Of a DNA stretch of 64,000 bases, positions 27,588-37,404 are shown piece by piece (the first letter of the stretch is position 1; each line of letters starts with the position of its first letter). The position numbers and the translations under genes were made by a program. Origin of the DNA: a virus; IMG/VR virus record IMGVR_UViG_3300045135_002242, positions 1 through 64,000 of that record; one strand, 5' to 3'. Under the pieces are notes generated by a model, which was not told the DNA's origin, made no database searches, and saw nothing but the letters and a program-made list of their open reading frames with translations.

Positions 27588-29327
27588 GAATTTTCGGATG
27601 AACTGGCCTATAACCAAGATATGGTAGAGAATATCAAAACTCTGTCAGAAATTTATGATACCGGAGATAAAGAAGTTAAATACACAAAAACTGTAGAAAA
27701 CAGGTCAAAAGCTATTACCGGCCAACCTGTATCTGCTTTGTTTGTTGGATCTCCTGGGCATATCCTTTACGACGAAGGCACAAAGAAAAAGTTTTACATT
27801 GCTTTTATGTCCAAACTAGCTAGACGAAGCTGGTTTTGTTACGCTCCTGATAAAATAGAAGAAAAAGCATTTGATACTATCGAAGAGCTTTGGGACTATG
27901 AAGAAGCTATTGAGACAAAGTCTAAGCAAGCTCGCGTAGGTTTAGACCTAACTAGCCATGCTATTGCTGAATACAACTTAGAAAAACATGGACAAAACAT
28001 TACTGTTTCTAAAGAAGTAGAACGGCTATATAAAGTTTACAAACGATACAATAATGACTTAGCAGACCTTCTTCCCAACCAAGACTCCACTTATGCTCTT
28101 ATTAGAAGACATCTGCAATGGAAAGCACTAAAACTAGCGGGCGCTTTTACTATTATGAGCTGCCAAGATGAAATTACCTCTAAGGCTTTTATCGAAGCTA
28201 TTAGATTTTGTGAGATCTTAGATAAAGACATGGAAGTATTCGAAAGGGACCTGAATAAGTCCCCACACGAGCTTCTAGTAGATTTTTTTCGTACCAAAAC
28301 TTTGGTGGATGGTGCTTCAGAAATTAGTACTCATGACCTTAAAAAGCAAGGTTTTATGAATAATGTTACTAAAACTAAGCTCAAAGAAATGGTAGCTCTT
28401 TGTGCAGGTTACGATAGAAACTCTGTGTATTCAGTTGTTAATGATGGCTCTGCTATTCGTTATGAGCCTATTATTAAAACAGACTCTATTAATGTCACTT
28501 ACAAAGAGATTGACTGTACCGCACTAAATTCAGCTATTAAACAAAAAAACTACGAAAAAACCAGACAAGCTAAACAGGATATTGCAGCAACAGTAAACTA
28601 TGGCTTTGAAAATGCAACCACTAGTTTTGCCAAACTGCCTTTAATGCTTAAGCAAGACTACGCGTATTCACCATTTAAATTTAAAGACGGTATTAGGCGT
28701 AAAGAAAACTTAGAATCTGGTACAAAATGGGTAGTACTTGATATCGACGACTCTTTACTTTCTGCTGAAGAAGCTCATATGATGCTTGGAGATATAAACC
28801 ATCATATTGCTCTTACCAGCGACAACAGCAACCAATTTAAGTTTAGGGTGCTACTGGAGCTAGATTCTGAAGTCTACCTAGATTCTCTAACTTGGAAGCA
28901 TTTTTATTTAAAAATTGCAGACGACTTAGGCTTAAGAGCAGATCCTCTTCCTCAAGCCCAAATTTTTTACTCTTATGCAAATAGGACCATATATAGTAAT
29001 ACAGAAGCTGATCCGATCGAAACTCGAGATTACTTAATGTATGCAAAAGATAAGGCATCCGAAAAAGAAGTGCAAAACAAGGTTATGACTAATGCGCAAA
29101 AACGTGCGCAGCTGCAAGACCCTGTAACTACTTTTGAGTATGCTTTTGAAGCTAGGTATGGAGAAGGCTCTCGTAACATGTATCGTATGATGCGACATGC
29201 ACAAGACTTAGGAGCCTCCTTAGAAGAGGTATTACAACTTTTAGAAGACGTAAATGACTACTGGGATAACCCTATGCCACAAGATCGTCTTGACAAGCTT
29301 AAAGAGCAAGGAACTAGGCTCTTTTAA
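27588..29327 (+). CDS. Helicase-primase, exon 2 (C-terminal AEP primase-like + PriCT-like region)
   Basis: WVVLDIDD, HHIALTS, KFRVLL, GEGSRN; spliced product about 753 aa. Confidence 0.75.
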   Translation, partial: EFSDELAYNQDMVENIKTLSEIYDTGDKEVKYTKTVENRSKAITGQPVSALFVGSPGHILYDEGTKKKFYIAFMSKLARRSWFCYAPDKIEEKAFDTIEELWDYEEAIETKSKQARVGLDLTSHAIAEYNLEKHGQNITVSKEVERLYKVYKRYNNDLADLLPNQDSTYALIRRHLQWKALKLAGAFTIMSCQDEITSKAFIEAIRFCEILDKDMEVFERDLNKSPHELLVDFFRTKTLVDGASEISTHDLKKQGFMNNVTKTKLKEMVALCAGYDRNSVYSVVNDGSAIRYEPIIKTDSINVTYKEIDCTALNSAIKQKNYEKTRQAKQDIAATVNYGFENATTSFAKLPLMLKQDYAYSPFKFKDGIRRKENLESGTKWVVLDIDDSLLSAEEAHMMLGDINHHIALTSDNSNQFKFRVLLELDSEVYLDSLTWKHFYLKIADDLGLRADPLPQAQIFYSYANRTIYSNTEADPIETRDYLMYAKDKASEKEVQNKVMTNAQKRAQLQDPVTTFEYAFEARYGEGSRNMYRMMRHAQDLGASLEEVLQLLEDVNDYWDNPMPQDRLDKLKEQGTRLF

Positions 29328-29363
29328 AACAATAAGCATATATTTATGTTAACAGGATAAACT

Positions 29364-29711
29364 ATGAACCAACAACACTACAAAAGTAACGTAAAAGCGA
29401 CTTCTGGCGATGTAACTACTACAGGCTTTAGTATTGACGTCAATGAGTCTATGTTCCAACTTCTTACCTCAAACGTTTATAACGATACTGTTCTCGCTGT
29501 TATGCGAGAATGGTCTACAAATGCCTGTGATGCCTGCTTGCAGGCAGGTAAAGAAGTAATTTATGATGTGCATATCCCTACTCCAGAAGAACCGACATTT
29601 TTTGTAAGAGACTATGGAACAGGTTTATCCCCTGATGACATTGTGGGGCTGTTTAGCCAACTAGGGGCTTCTACTAAAAGAAACTCCAGCCAGTTGAATG
29701 GCACCCTGGGT
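29364..29711 (+). CDS. rIIA: rIIA-like GHKL ATPase, exon 1
   Basis: VMREWSTNACDA, VRDYGTGLS, STKRNS..NGTLG. Confidence 0.85.
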
Positions 29712-30027
29712 TAACGTATATAACTATTAGTTTTTACTGTATTAGGCATGATGAAAATAAACAAATGATAATGCTTAAAAGGTAAAAAGAGTAGATATGT
29801 TACATAGCCCCTGTATATAGTAATATATACAAGCAAATCTCTCTAATTGACGGGAAACTCCTTATAGCTTACAGCACTCCCTGCCACAGTAATGATGGTA
29901 GTATAGTAAAAGAATGTAAGATTGGACAATCCGCAGCCAAGGGTCCTATAGGATCAAGGTTCAACGACTAGCCGAAAGGCGTAGAGCTTAAGTAAGTTCG
30001 AAATGGGAGATACCCTTAGATAAGTCC

Positions 30028-30056
30028 TTTACAAGTAGTACATTTAATGGTATACT
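30028..30056 (+). promoter_or_regulatory. Sigma70-type promoter for the intron 2 endonuclease
   Basis: TTTACA-17 nt-TATACT with extended TG. Confidence 0.7.
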
Positions 30057-30082
30057 TGAGTTTTTATTGGGGGACTAATCAA

Positions 30083-30721
30083 ATGCAAGAAATTTACAAA
30101 GATATAAAAGGTTTTGAAGGATATTATAAAATATCTAATCTAGGGAATGTAAAATCTCTTGGAGCATATAATAACAGGAAAGAAAAACTTCTTGTTCAAG
30201 AAAATGCAAAAAGTAAAAATACATCATATAAACGAGTAAAATTGCACAAAGATGGCAAAGTTACACGTTATCTAGTACATAGATTAGTGGCAATACATTT
30301 TTTAGATAATCCAGAACAAAAACCACAAGTTAATCATATTGATAATAATCCGTTAAATAATATTGTAACTAACCTAGAATGGTGTACTGGTTCAGAAAAC
30401 ATGCAACATTCTATAAAACAAGGCAGACAAAAGTATGTAACAGAATTAGCGATAGCTGCTATGGCTAAAGCTAATAAAGATAAAGTAAAACCTAAGTATA
30501 ATGCTTTAATTGGCAAAAATTTAAATGGTCGTATTTTACTTTCTTACATGTCTGAAAAAAAGCCTAATGGAAAACCACGTTACAAAGGCATATTTAGTTG
30601 TGCTAACTGCAATAAAGAATTTACCGCAGAAATGGATAGTTCTATAAAAAATATCAATAGAGAACAACCTTGTTATTGTAGATCTTGTACCAAGAAAAAT
30701 AAGGGTAAAGATATAGTCTAG
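30083..30721 (+). CDS. NUMOD4-HNH homing endonuclease (intron-encoded)
   Basis: YKDIKGFEGYYKISNLGNVKS, VHRLVA, VNHIDNNPLNN; ends KDIV* in the S element. Confidence 0.92.
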   Translation: MQEIYKDIKGFEGYYKISNLGNVKSLGAYNNRKEKLLVQENAKSKNTSYKRVKLHKDGKVTRYLVHRLVAIHFLDNPEQKPQVNHIDNNPLNNIVTNLEWCTGSENMQHSIKQGRQKYVTELAIAAMAKANKDKVKPKYNALIGKNLNGRILLSYMSEKKPNGKPRYKGIFSCANCNKEFTAEMDSSIKNINREQPCYCRSCTKKNKGKDIV

Positions 30722-30790
30722 TCTCATGCGAAAGCATGAGTTGCGTGTAATGACGCAGGTACAAATTAACGACTTGTATTGAATATAACG

Positions 30791-32527
30791 ATTGGCCGTA
30801 TGGCTGGCTTAGCCGTGGCTAATGCTTTTACCGTAGAGTCCTTTTTTAAGGGCTCTAAACATAACTACGCTATCAGCATCCAAAATGGTATTCCTGTAAC
30901 CATGCATATGGGAACTACTCCTACAGATGAACCTGATGGGCTAAAACTATCCGTAGCCGTAAACTATGGTGATATCTCTAGGTATCTACAGCGAGCCCCT
31001 AGTCTTTATAAGTTTTTTGACTACAAACCTAACCTAAACTTAGACATAGACATCTCCCTAGACTCTTCAAATACCCTTTCTGATAGCTGGTTTGTTATGC
31101 CTAGTGACATTAAAAGGTACGCTCAACGGAACTATGTGCTAATGTCCCAAGTCATCTATGAGATTCCTTTTAGTTCTGAGGTTGATAATAAAGACTTTGT
31201 AAATATTGTGATTAAGGCCCCTCCCGGAGCCGTAACTTTTAACCCAGGAAGAGAGTCTTTGTCTTTAGATAAAAAGACCATAGGCTACCTTAACAGCGCT
31301 TTTAACAAAATTGCAGAAGAGTGTGTAGAAGAAATTAATAAAACGCTGCCATTAATGGATTCGGACTATGAGCTACTAAAGTTTTATAATAGCACTATTA
31401 AAAGCTTGCCTCGCAAGCTTTCCAAAAATATTAATGTAGAAGTATTTATGTCTAAAGAAAGTAAATTACTATTTGCTTCTTCATATTATTATACTGGTAC
31501 GTCTTTTGAATACGTGAACCAAACTTCAGCTTTCGACCAGCATACTAATAATATGTTAAACATAAACTACAAAACATCCTACTATAAATCTTCCAAAAAA
31601 CTAGTGGATGCAGGTCCTCAGCACTCTCATAGCTTCTATTTTTCTCCTCATGTAATTGTAGATGTAAAAACTAACTATAAATCTCAATTGAATAGGTTAC
31701 ACGAACAACAAAGGTTATTTACGTGGCAAAAGACCAAAAATGCAGATTTAGATGAAGCCGTAGCTACTGCAAAAAGTTTCTTAGAAGCTTTAGGCATTCC
31801 TTACAAGCTTGCTTCAGACTTATTAAAAGATATCCCTGTTATTGACAAGAAAACTGCTCCTAGAGAAGGATTGCATTCATACCCTTTTACTGGGGTTACA
31901 GCAGAAAGAGTTGAAAAATTTTCTGAACAACAGAGTAAAGCTAAAACATATCTTTACTTGAAGTTGAATAAAACCACCCCGGTACTGAACGATAAAGTTA
32001 ATTCCTTTTCTAGCTATCAGCAAGTATATAAAATTTTGCAAAATATTGTTTATATGCCTCCTGTGCGAGGTGTGCCTAAGAAATATCAAGAATATGTAGA
32101 AAACCTAGATAACTGGGTAGATTACGAAACATTTATTAAAGACAAGGTAAAATCTCATACATTTAAAGCTTCAGTAGATGTTCGCTTTCCCTTTATACCT
32201 AGGGAGGTACTAAATCACAATAATATCCTTCTTTACCCGCAAAAAGTTCAAAACTTTTACAGGAGTTACGAAAAATTTTCTGAGTATACAAAAGATAAAA
32301 AGTATATTGCTGATCCGGATGTAGAGCTATTTCTTAAAGCACTAGGGGGAACTTTTGAGTCTTTACCTATGGATGTTCAAAAAATTACAGACGCCTTTAA
32401 GAAAGATTTTCCACTAACAAGTAAACTCCTTTTCAATTTAAGGTATAAATATAATGATGATTTAAACTTTTGTATAGATCTGGCTAAACTGGAAGACTAT
32501 CATGCAACACATTCAACTGGACAATAA
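30791..32527 (+). CDS. rIIA: rIIA-like protein, exon 2
   Basis: AFTVES, TDEPDGL, PGRESLS; spliced product about 694 aa. Confidence 0.8.
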   Translation: MGRMAGLAVANAFTVESFFKGSKHNYAISIQNGIPVTMHMGTTPTDEPDGLKLSVAVNYGDISRYLQRAPSLYKFFDYKPNLNLDIDISLDSSNTLSDSWFVMPSDIKRYAQRNYVLMSQVIYEIPFSSEVDNKDFVNIVIKAPPGAVTFNPGRESLSLDKKTIGYLNSAFNKIAEECVEEINKTLPLMDSDYELLKFYNSTIKSLPRKLSKNINVEVFMSKESKLLFASSYYYTGTSFEYVNQTSAFDQHTNNMLNINYKTSYYKSSKKLVDAGPQHSHSFYFSPHVIVDVKTNYKSQLNRLHEQQRLFTWQKTKNADLDEAVATAKSFLEALGIPYKLASDLLKDIPVIDKKTAPREGLHSYPFTGVTAERVEKFSEQQSKAKTYLYLKLNKTTPVLNDKVNSFSSYQQVYKILQNIVYMPPVRGVPKKYQEYVENLDNWVDYETFIKDKVKSHTFKASVDVRFPFIPREVLNHNNILLYPQKVQNFYRSYEKFSEYTKDKKYIADPDVELFLKALGGTFESLPMDVQKITDAFKKDFPLTSKLLFNLRYKYNDDLNFCIDLAKLEDYHATHSTGQ

Positions 32528-32876
32528 TAGTTTTATTTTAAATATTAATGGGACTTTAACTACAATAACCCGTAAATCTTTTAACTTTAATAAAATTAGT
32601 AAGCTACTAAAAGAAGAAGCTCCAGAAGAAAATATTGTCCCCCTACTAAAAACTCCAGATCTTTCAAATGGTGTTTATGAAATCTATATTTTTCCGTCCA
32701 CTGATGCCATTTTTTATAAACATTTCACTAAGGGCTCAACTACTCCCACAACTCTAACAGTTTTAGGAAACACAAAACAACATAGTTCTATCCCTAAAGA
32801 CTGGGAAAACTACTTTGTGGGTGTATATGCTTCTGAAGCAGATATTAAAGCAGATTGGCCTGAATACTTTTTATAA
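32502..32876 (+). CDS. rIIB N-terminal-like short protein with PE-tag
   Basis: Follows rIIA; NSFILNINGTLTTITRKSFNFNKI resembles the rIIB start; ends WPEYFL. Confidence 0.6.
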   Translation: MQHIQLDNNSFILNINGTLTTITRKSFNFNKISKLLKEEAPEENIVPLLKTPDLSNGVYEIYIFPSTDAIFYKHFTKGSTTPTTLTVLGNTKQHSSIPKDWENYFVGVYASEADIKADWPEYFL

Positions 32877-32887
32877 GGAGAAAAAAA

Positions 32888-33694
32888 ATATACGATTACT
32901 TTAAATATAACAATGGTGAAGATATCACCAAGGGGGCTTTTCGTATTAGTGCTTCCCAAGTAAGCAAGTTTTTTGATACTACTGCACAGTGGTACCGAGA
33001 ACATTTAATGGGAGAAACTGGTTTTACGGGAAGTACGGCTACCCATTTAGGGTCTGCTGTACATACAGGGATTGAAATGTATGTACGAGAAGGAACAGTA
33101 AATTATAAAGTTATTAATGACCATGTAAATGCTATTACAGATGTAGAGATTGATAAAACTCACATTTTAAAGCAATATGGTCCTATGCTAGAAGCTGTTC
33201 TTCCTTTTGTGGAAGCAAATAAGCCTACTGAGGTAGAAAAATTTGTCTTTCATGAAATCCTGCCAGGAATCGGGGCCGGTGGCAGCATTGATGCCTTAAG
33301 AAACGATACTATTATTGACTGGAAAACTACGGGAAGTAAATCGCCACCCACAAAATTTTCTAGAAACTATTGGTTTCAGCAGATGACTTATGCTTGGGTG
33401 TTAAAACAACAAGGAATTAATATTAATTTCCTTAAGCTAGTTTTTATCACTCAAGAGGAAGTAAATAGAGTAAGCGAAAAAACAGGCAAGCCCCTAAAAG
33501 ACTACCCCTCTGTTTACTCCGTAGTTACAGAAGAAGTTACAGAGGATAAGCTGGAACTAATTGGGTCCTGTTTAAAATTAATTGCAGAATCAGTCCAGGC
33601 TTGGAACAATAACCCTGATCTGAGGTATTTACTCGCTCAAGATTACCGTCTTAAGCCAAAACCTAAACCAATTATATTTAATACAAGGAGGTAG
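32888..33694 (+). CDS. PD-(D/E)XK exonuclease (probable ATA start)
   Basis: RISASQ...LGSAVH...GSIDAL..IIDWKTT...QQMTY; AAGGAG SD 7 nt before ATA. Confidence 0.8.
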   Translation: MYDYFKYNNGEDITKGAFRISASQVSKFFDTTAQWYREHLMGETGFTGSTATHLGSAVHTGIEMYVREGTVNYKVINDHVNAITDVEIDKTHILKQYGPMLEAVLPFVEANKPTEVEKFVFHEILPGIGAGGSIDALRNDTIIDWKTTGSKSPPTKFSRNYWFQQMTYAWVLKQQGININFLKLVFITQEEVNRVSEKTGKPLKDYPSVYSVVTEEVTEDKLELIGSCLKLIAESVQAWNNNPDLRYLLAQDYRLKPKPKPIIFNTRR

Positions 33695-33696
33695 TA

Positions 33697-34098
33697 TTGT
33701 CTATTACTAAAGTAGCATTTGAAGACTTTGCCAAAAACCCTAAAAGCTATTACAAATCTAAAGTAGCTTTTCCTGAATATCCTATATTTGTTAACAGTAA
33801 CGGAATGTTTACAAACTATTATATAAAAGTAGGCAAGCAAGGAAAACTTAACCTGTGCTATGGGCAAAATAAATCTTTTTACCTGTCTGGAGAGCTAGTC
33901 TTTTCTGCTGACCGTGGATTACTAAACAGACAAAAGGTTATTTTACCTACATTATCGTACTTAGGGAGACTACTCCCAAAAACTATAAAAATATACCAGG
34001 ATAACTTAGAAACCTACAAAAAAACTTATGAAAACGCAAAAGCCAAACTGGCTACCATAGATAAGTTAAAAAATGACTACCCTGAGCTGATACTTTAA
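33697..34098 (+). CDS. Hypothetical protein with PE-tag
   Basis: GGAGG SD, TTG start; ends YPELIL. Confidence 0.75.
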   Translation: MSITKVAFEDFAKNPKSYYKSKVAFPEYPIFVNSNGMFTNYYIKVGKQGKLNLCYGQNKSFYLSGELVFSADRGLLNRQKVILPTLSYLGRLLPKTIKIYQDNLETYKKTYENAKAKLATIDKLKNDYPELIL

Positions 34099-34108
34099 AG
34101 GAGTATAG

Positions 34109-34771
34109 ATGTCAGTAAAACTACTAATTTCTGCCGAAGCAAATTCCGGCAAAACTACATTAACCCGCAACCTAAAAAACTCATTGGTTGTAAGCCATGA
34201 CGGTAAACGATACCCATTTAAGGTTCCTCATGTTATGGTGCCCTCTTTTGACAATGTAGAAGAGCTTATTGCAACAGTAGTAGATAAAATTGAAACTTAT
34301 AAAAATAAGTTTAAGACCTACCCTGAAACAGTTGTGTTTGATTCAGTATCTAAAATTTTTGACACTATCCATTCTAACTGCAACGAAAAGTTCAAAGGCT
34401 TTACTATTTATAGCGAACTAGATAAGGAAATTACCAAACTAACCGGTTTTATCGAAAACTCTCTTATCGCTAGTGGAATGAATGTCGTACTTATTTCTCA
34501 TGCTCTGTATGACTCAGAAACTGCTAAGTATAGCCTTGTAGGAAAAGGTTCATTTAGCAAAAGAGGTGGGTTCCTTGCCGAGGTAGACGAATCAATCTTT
34601 ATTGAGGTAAAGAGCAACAAACGTATTTTGCATTTCCGTTCTACTAAACTACCGGCAAGGACTCTTCAAGAAGACCTAGCAGACAGTATGCCTATTGAGG
34701 ATTTTAACCTCCAAGAGCATATTGAAGTTCTAGCAGCAACCACAAATGAAGTAGACGAATACGCACTTTAA
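34109..34771 (+). CDS. Sak4/AAA_24-like ATPase
   Basis: SAEANSGKTT, VVFDSVS, VVLISH; next to exonuclease and SSB. Confidence 0.8.
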   Translation: MSVKLLISAEANSGKTTLTRNLKNSLVVSHDGKRYPFKVPHVMVPSFDNVEELIATVVDKIETYKNKFKTYPETVVFDSVSKIFDTIHSNCNEKFKGFTIYSELDKEITKLTGFIENSLIASGMNVVLISHALYDSETAKYSLVGKGSFSKRGGFLAEVDESIFIEVKSNKRILHFRSTKLPARTLQEDLADSMPIEDFNLQEHIEVLAATTNEVDEYAL

Positions 34772-34799
34772 TCTATAAATTATAATATAAGGAAATCTT

Positions 34800-35474
34800 A
34801 TGAAACTAACCGTATCTAAAAAACCAGAAAACATTAAAGACACCGGCGGTGGTGGTTATATCAACAAGTCTGGTATTTATGACGTAGTACTAAACTATGT
34901 TCAAGTAGCAGAAACCAAAAATGGTGCCTACCAGCTTAACTTTAACGTAACTAATGGGGGTATGAGCCAAACGCTGTATGGTCCTATCCTTATCAACAAA
35001 GACGGCAAGGCCAACGAAATTACTCAAAACCTTCTTAACCGTCTTTGTATTATTGCCGGTATGGACGACGGGCAAGAAATTGAAACCGACACTGTAGAAA
35101 TGCCTGTAGGTAAAGACCAAAAGCTTATGGAAATGGAAATTATCCCTGAACTTACTGAGCTTGCTGTTAAAATGCGTGTACAGATGGAGTACAGCCTTTG
35201 GCTTAACGAAATCCAAGAACGGAAAAGCATTAAGTCCTTTTATCGTGAGGATGGGGCTACGGCAGCAGAAGCAGAATCAGGAGAGAATATCGGCAAACGT
35301 CTTGCTCTCGATGAAGAAAAGTATGCTTCTAATGTAACATACCGTGACGGGCTTACGGAAGAAGACGTTACAGCTTGGATCCAGCAACGGGCTAACGGCT
35401 CTAGTGGTAACACAAAGCCTGCTGCAGCAAACCCCACTAAAACTAATACCAAACGCCCTCTTTTTGGCAAATAA
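34800..35474 (+). CDS. Probable single-stranded DNA-binding protein
   Basis: GYINKSGIYDV beta-rich start, flexible tail ending RPLFGK, gene context. Confidence 0.65.
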   Translation: MKLTVSKKPENIKDTGGGGYINKSGIYDVVLNYVQVAETKNGAYQLNFNVTNGGMSQTLYGPILINKDGKANEITQNLLNRLCIIAGMDDGQEIETDTVEMPVGKDQKLMEMEIIPELTELAVKMRVQMEYSLWLNEIQERKSIKSFYREDGATAAEAESGENIGKRLALDEEKYASNVTYRDGLTEEDVTAWIQQRANGSSGNTKPAAANPTKTNTKRPLFGK

Positions 35475-35485
35475 GGTAGGGTATC

Positions 35486-36640
35486 ATGGCTGTAAAAGTA
35501 ACTGATGAAGCGCTAGCACAGCTGTGTGTTGATCATAATTATGACATTCCTTTGATTGTAGAGTCCCTTAAAGTAGCTTATCCAAATTATAGCGTAAGAC
35601 CTAATAGAGTCGTAGAACGTATTAACAAGATGCGGAAAAAAGGAGTTCTTCCTTTAGACTCAGGTAACTATGTTAGTAGTGGAGAAGTGCTTAAAGGGTC
35701 CTCTACTCTTTATGATGAACAAGGGAACGTCAAACTCCAATGGGTAAAAACTGACGTAGAAAAAAAGAATCAGCTTAATGTTTTAAAAGAACTAGTTGAC
35801 TCTTATGTAGAAGAACTGCCACAGTTTGAGAAGAAGCCGTATACTCTTACATATGCTTCAAAAGACTTAATGGCAGTCTACCCTTTGGGGGATCCTCATA
35901 TCGGCATGAAAGCATACAAAGACGAAGCAGGCAGTAATTGGGACCTAAAGGCCTCCCAAGAAGTGTTTTGCGGGGTTTTTGACAGACTAGTAAATACTGC
36001 ACCAGCATGTGAACAAGCAGTAATTGTAAATCTAGGGGACTATTTCCATAGAGATAACGTCCAAGGCGTCACAGAAAGACATAGACATGCTCTAGACACT
36101 GATGGTAACTACATGATGATGGTAGATACCGGCCTTAAGATTATGATTCAAATGATTAACTCTGCACTACAACGACACAATAGCGTAAAAGTTATTAACA
36201 TGCTAGGTAACCATGATGATACAGGGGCTATGTTTTTGCAAGCTGCTCTGAAGCACATGTATGAAAAAGAGCCAAGACTGCAAGTAGAGTGCACTAGCTC
36301 TGTTTACCAGTATTTTCAACATGGATCTTCTTTTTTTGGGGTACACCACGGACACACCTGTAAACCCGACAAACTCCCGCTAGTTATGGCTACTGATAAG
36401 CCTAAGGAGTGGGGAACTTCAAAGCATCGTTATTGGATTACTGGACATATTCACCATGATACTCGTAAAGAGTACTCAGGGTGTACAGTAGAGTCTTTTA
36501 GGACCTTAGCAGGTAAAGATGCTTATGCCTACTCCGGTGGCTACAGGGCAGGACAAGATAGTAAAGCACTAGTTATCCATAAAGATTTTGGAGAGGTGGA
36601 GCGGCATACTATTAACATTTCTCAAGTATTAAAACAATAA
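35486..36640 (+). CDS. Calcineurin-like metallophosphoesterase
   Basis: GDPHIG, LGDYFH, GNHD, HHGH, GHIHH. Confidence 0.88.
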   Translation: MAVKVTDEALAQLCVDHNYDIPLIVESLKVAYPNYSVRPNRVVERINKMRKKGVLPLDSGNYVSSGEVLKGSSTLYDEQGNVKLQWVKTDVEKKNQLNVLKELVDSYVEELPQFEKKPYTLTYASKDLMAVYPLGDPHIGMKAYKDEAGSNWDLKASQEVFCGVFDRLVNTAPACEQAVIVNLGDYFHRDNVQGVTERHRHALDTDGNYMMMVDTGLKIMIQMINSALQRHNSVKVINMLGNHDDTGAMFLQAALKHMYEKEPRLQVECTSSVYQYFQHGSSFFGVHHGHTCKPDKLPLVMATDKPKEWGTSKHRYWITGHIHHDTRKEYSGCTVESFRTLAGKDAYAYSGGYRAGQDSKALVIHKDFGEVERHTINISQVLKQ

Positions 36641-36677
36641 GCACTTTTATAAGTGCTTATTACTTACAGAGGGTCTT

Positions 36678-37325
36678 ATGAATTACTTTAAAAAAAGAAA
36701 TATTAATACTGTTATAGATACTCTTCTTGATCACTTAGGGTTTTCAGATTGGTTTATTTCAGGGAGTTTTGCAAACAATCGTATGCGTAACCCCTCTGAC
36801 ATTGATATTTATTTTTATACAAAAAAAGGTTACCAAAACGCCACTAGAAATTTGCAGAATAGTACTATTAGCGTATATATGGTAACCCCCAACGCTAGCA
36901 GCTTTATACTTAAAGGTTTAAAGCTACCGGTACAACTTGTTGCTAAGCATTTTGGTACTCCACAAGAAATTTTTAATACTATGGATATCAATGTATGCAA
37001 ACAGGCTATTTTATCTGATAAAACTCTAGTACAAGATCCTTCAAGCCACTTTCCTGTAACTTTAAACAAGCCTTCCTACGGCTCTTTTTCTAGGTATTTT
37101 TACTACTTAGATAATTACTACTCCCCCGTAGAGCATTATAAAAAGTCAAAAATTCTTATTTCTAAATATATTACAGATAGTACCCTACTTTCCCACTATT
37201 ACAAGGGAGAAGTTAACCACAAACCTACTAACCAATGTCTGTACGAAGCTGCTTTAAAACGGCCTGAGTTATGCTCTTTAATCAAACAACAAACTTTATT
37301 ACATGCTCCAGAGCTATTACTATGA
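36678..37325 (+). CDS. Nucleotidyltransferase (polyA-polymerase/CCA head-like) with PE-tag
   Basis: FISGSF...SDIDIYF, DINVCK; ends APELLL. Confidence 0.7.
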   Translation: MNYFKKRNINTVIDTLLDHLGFSDWFISGSFANNRMRNPSDIDIYFYTKKGYQNATRNLQNSTISVYMVTPNASSFILKGLKLPVQLVAKHFGTPQEIFNTMDINVCKQAILSDKTLVQDPSSHFPVTLNKPSYGSFSRYFYYLDNYYSPVEHYKKSKILISKYITDSTLLSHYYKGEVNHKPTNQCLYEAALKRPELCSLIKQQTLLHAPELLL

Positions 37326-37381
37326 ATTTAACTGAAGAACAACAATGTTGTTATTGTTCTTCTTTTAAATTTGTAGTATAA
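37322..37381 (+). pseudogene. Relic 5' end of the helicase gene (MNLTEEQQ...)
   Basis: ATGA-coupled to the upstream stop; first codons match helicase start NLTKEQQ at 38153. Confidence 0.65.
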
Positions 37382-37404
37382 TTACAATAAATTACAGGAA
37401 CTAC

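Larger units (their letters stand above)
29712..30790 (+). mobile_element. Group I intron 2 with HNH ORF
   Basis: AATTGACGGGAA, AATCCGCAG, GTTCAACGACTA, AAGATATAGTCTA; splicing restores GHKL motif GTLG|IG. Confidence 0.9.

Noticed and set aside
25570-37325. PE-tag explained purely as a Shine-Dalgarno by-product
   Set aside because: Plausible for three overlapping junctions, but four tagged genes have a separate SD after the stop and two use GAA, so it cannot explain all cases.
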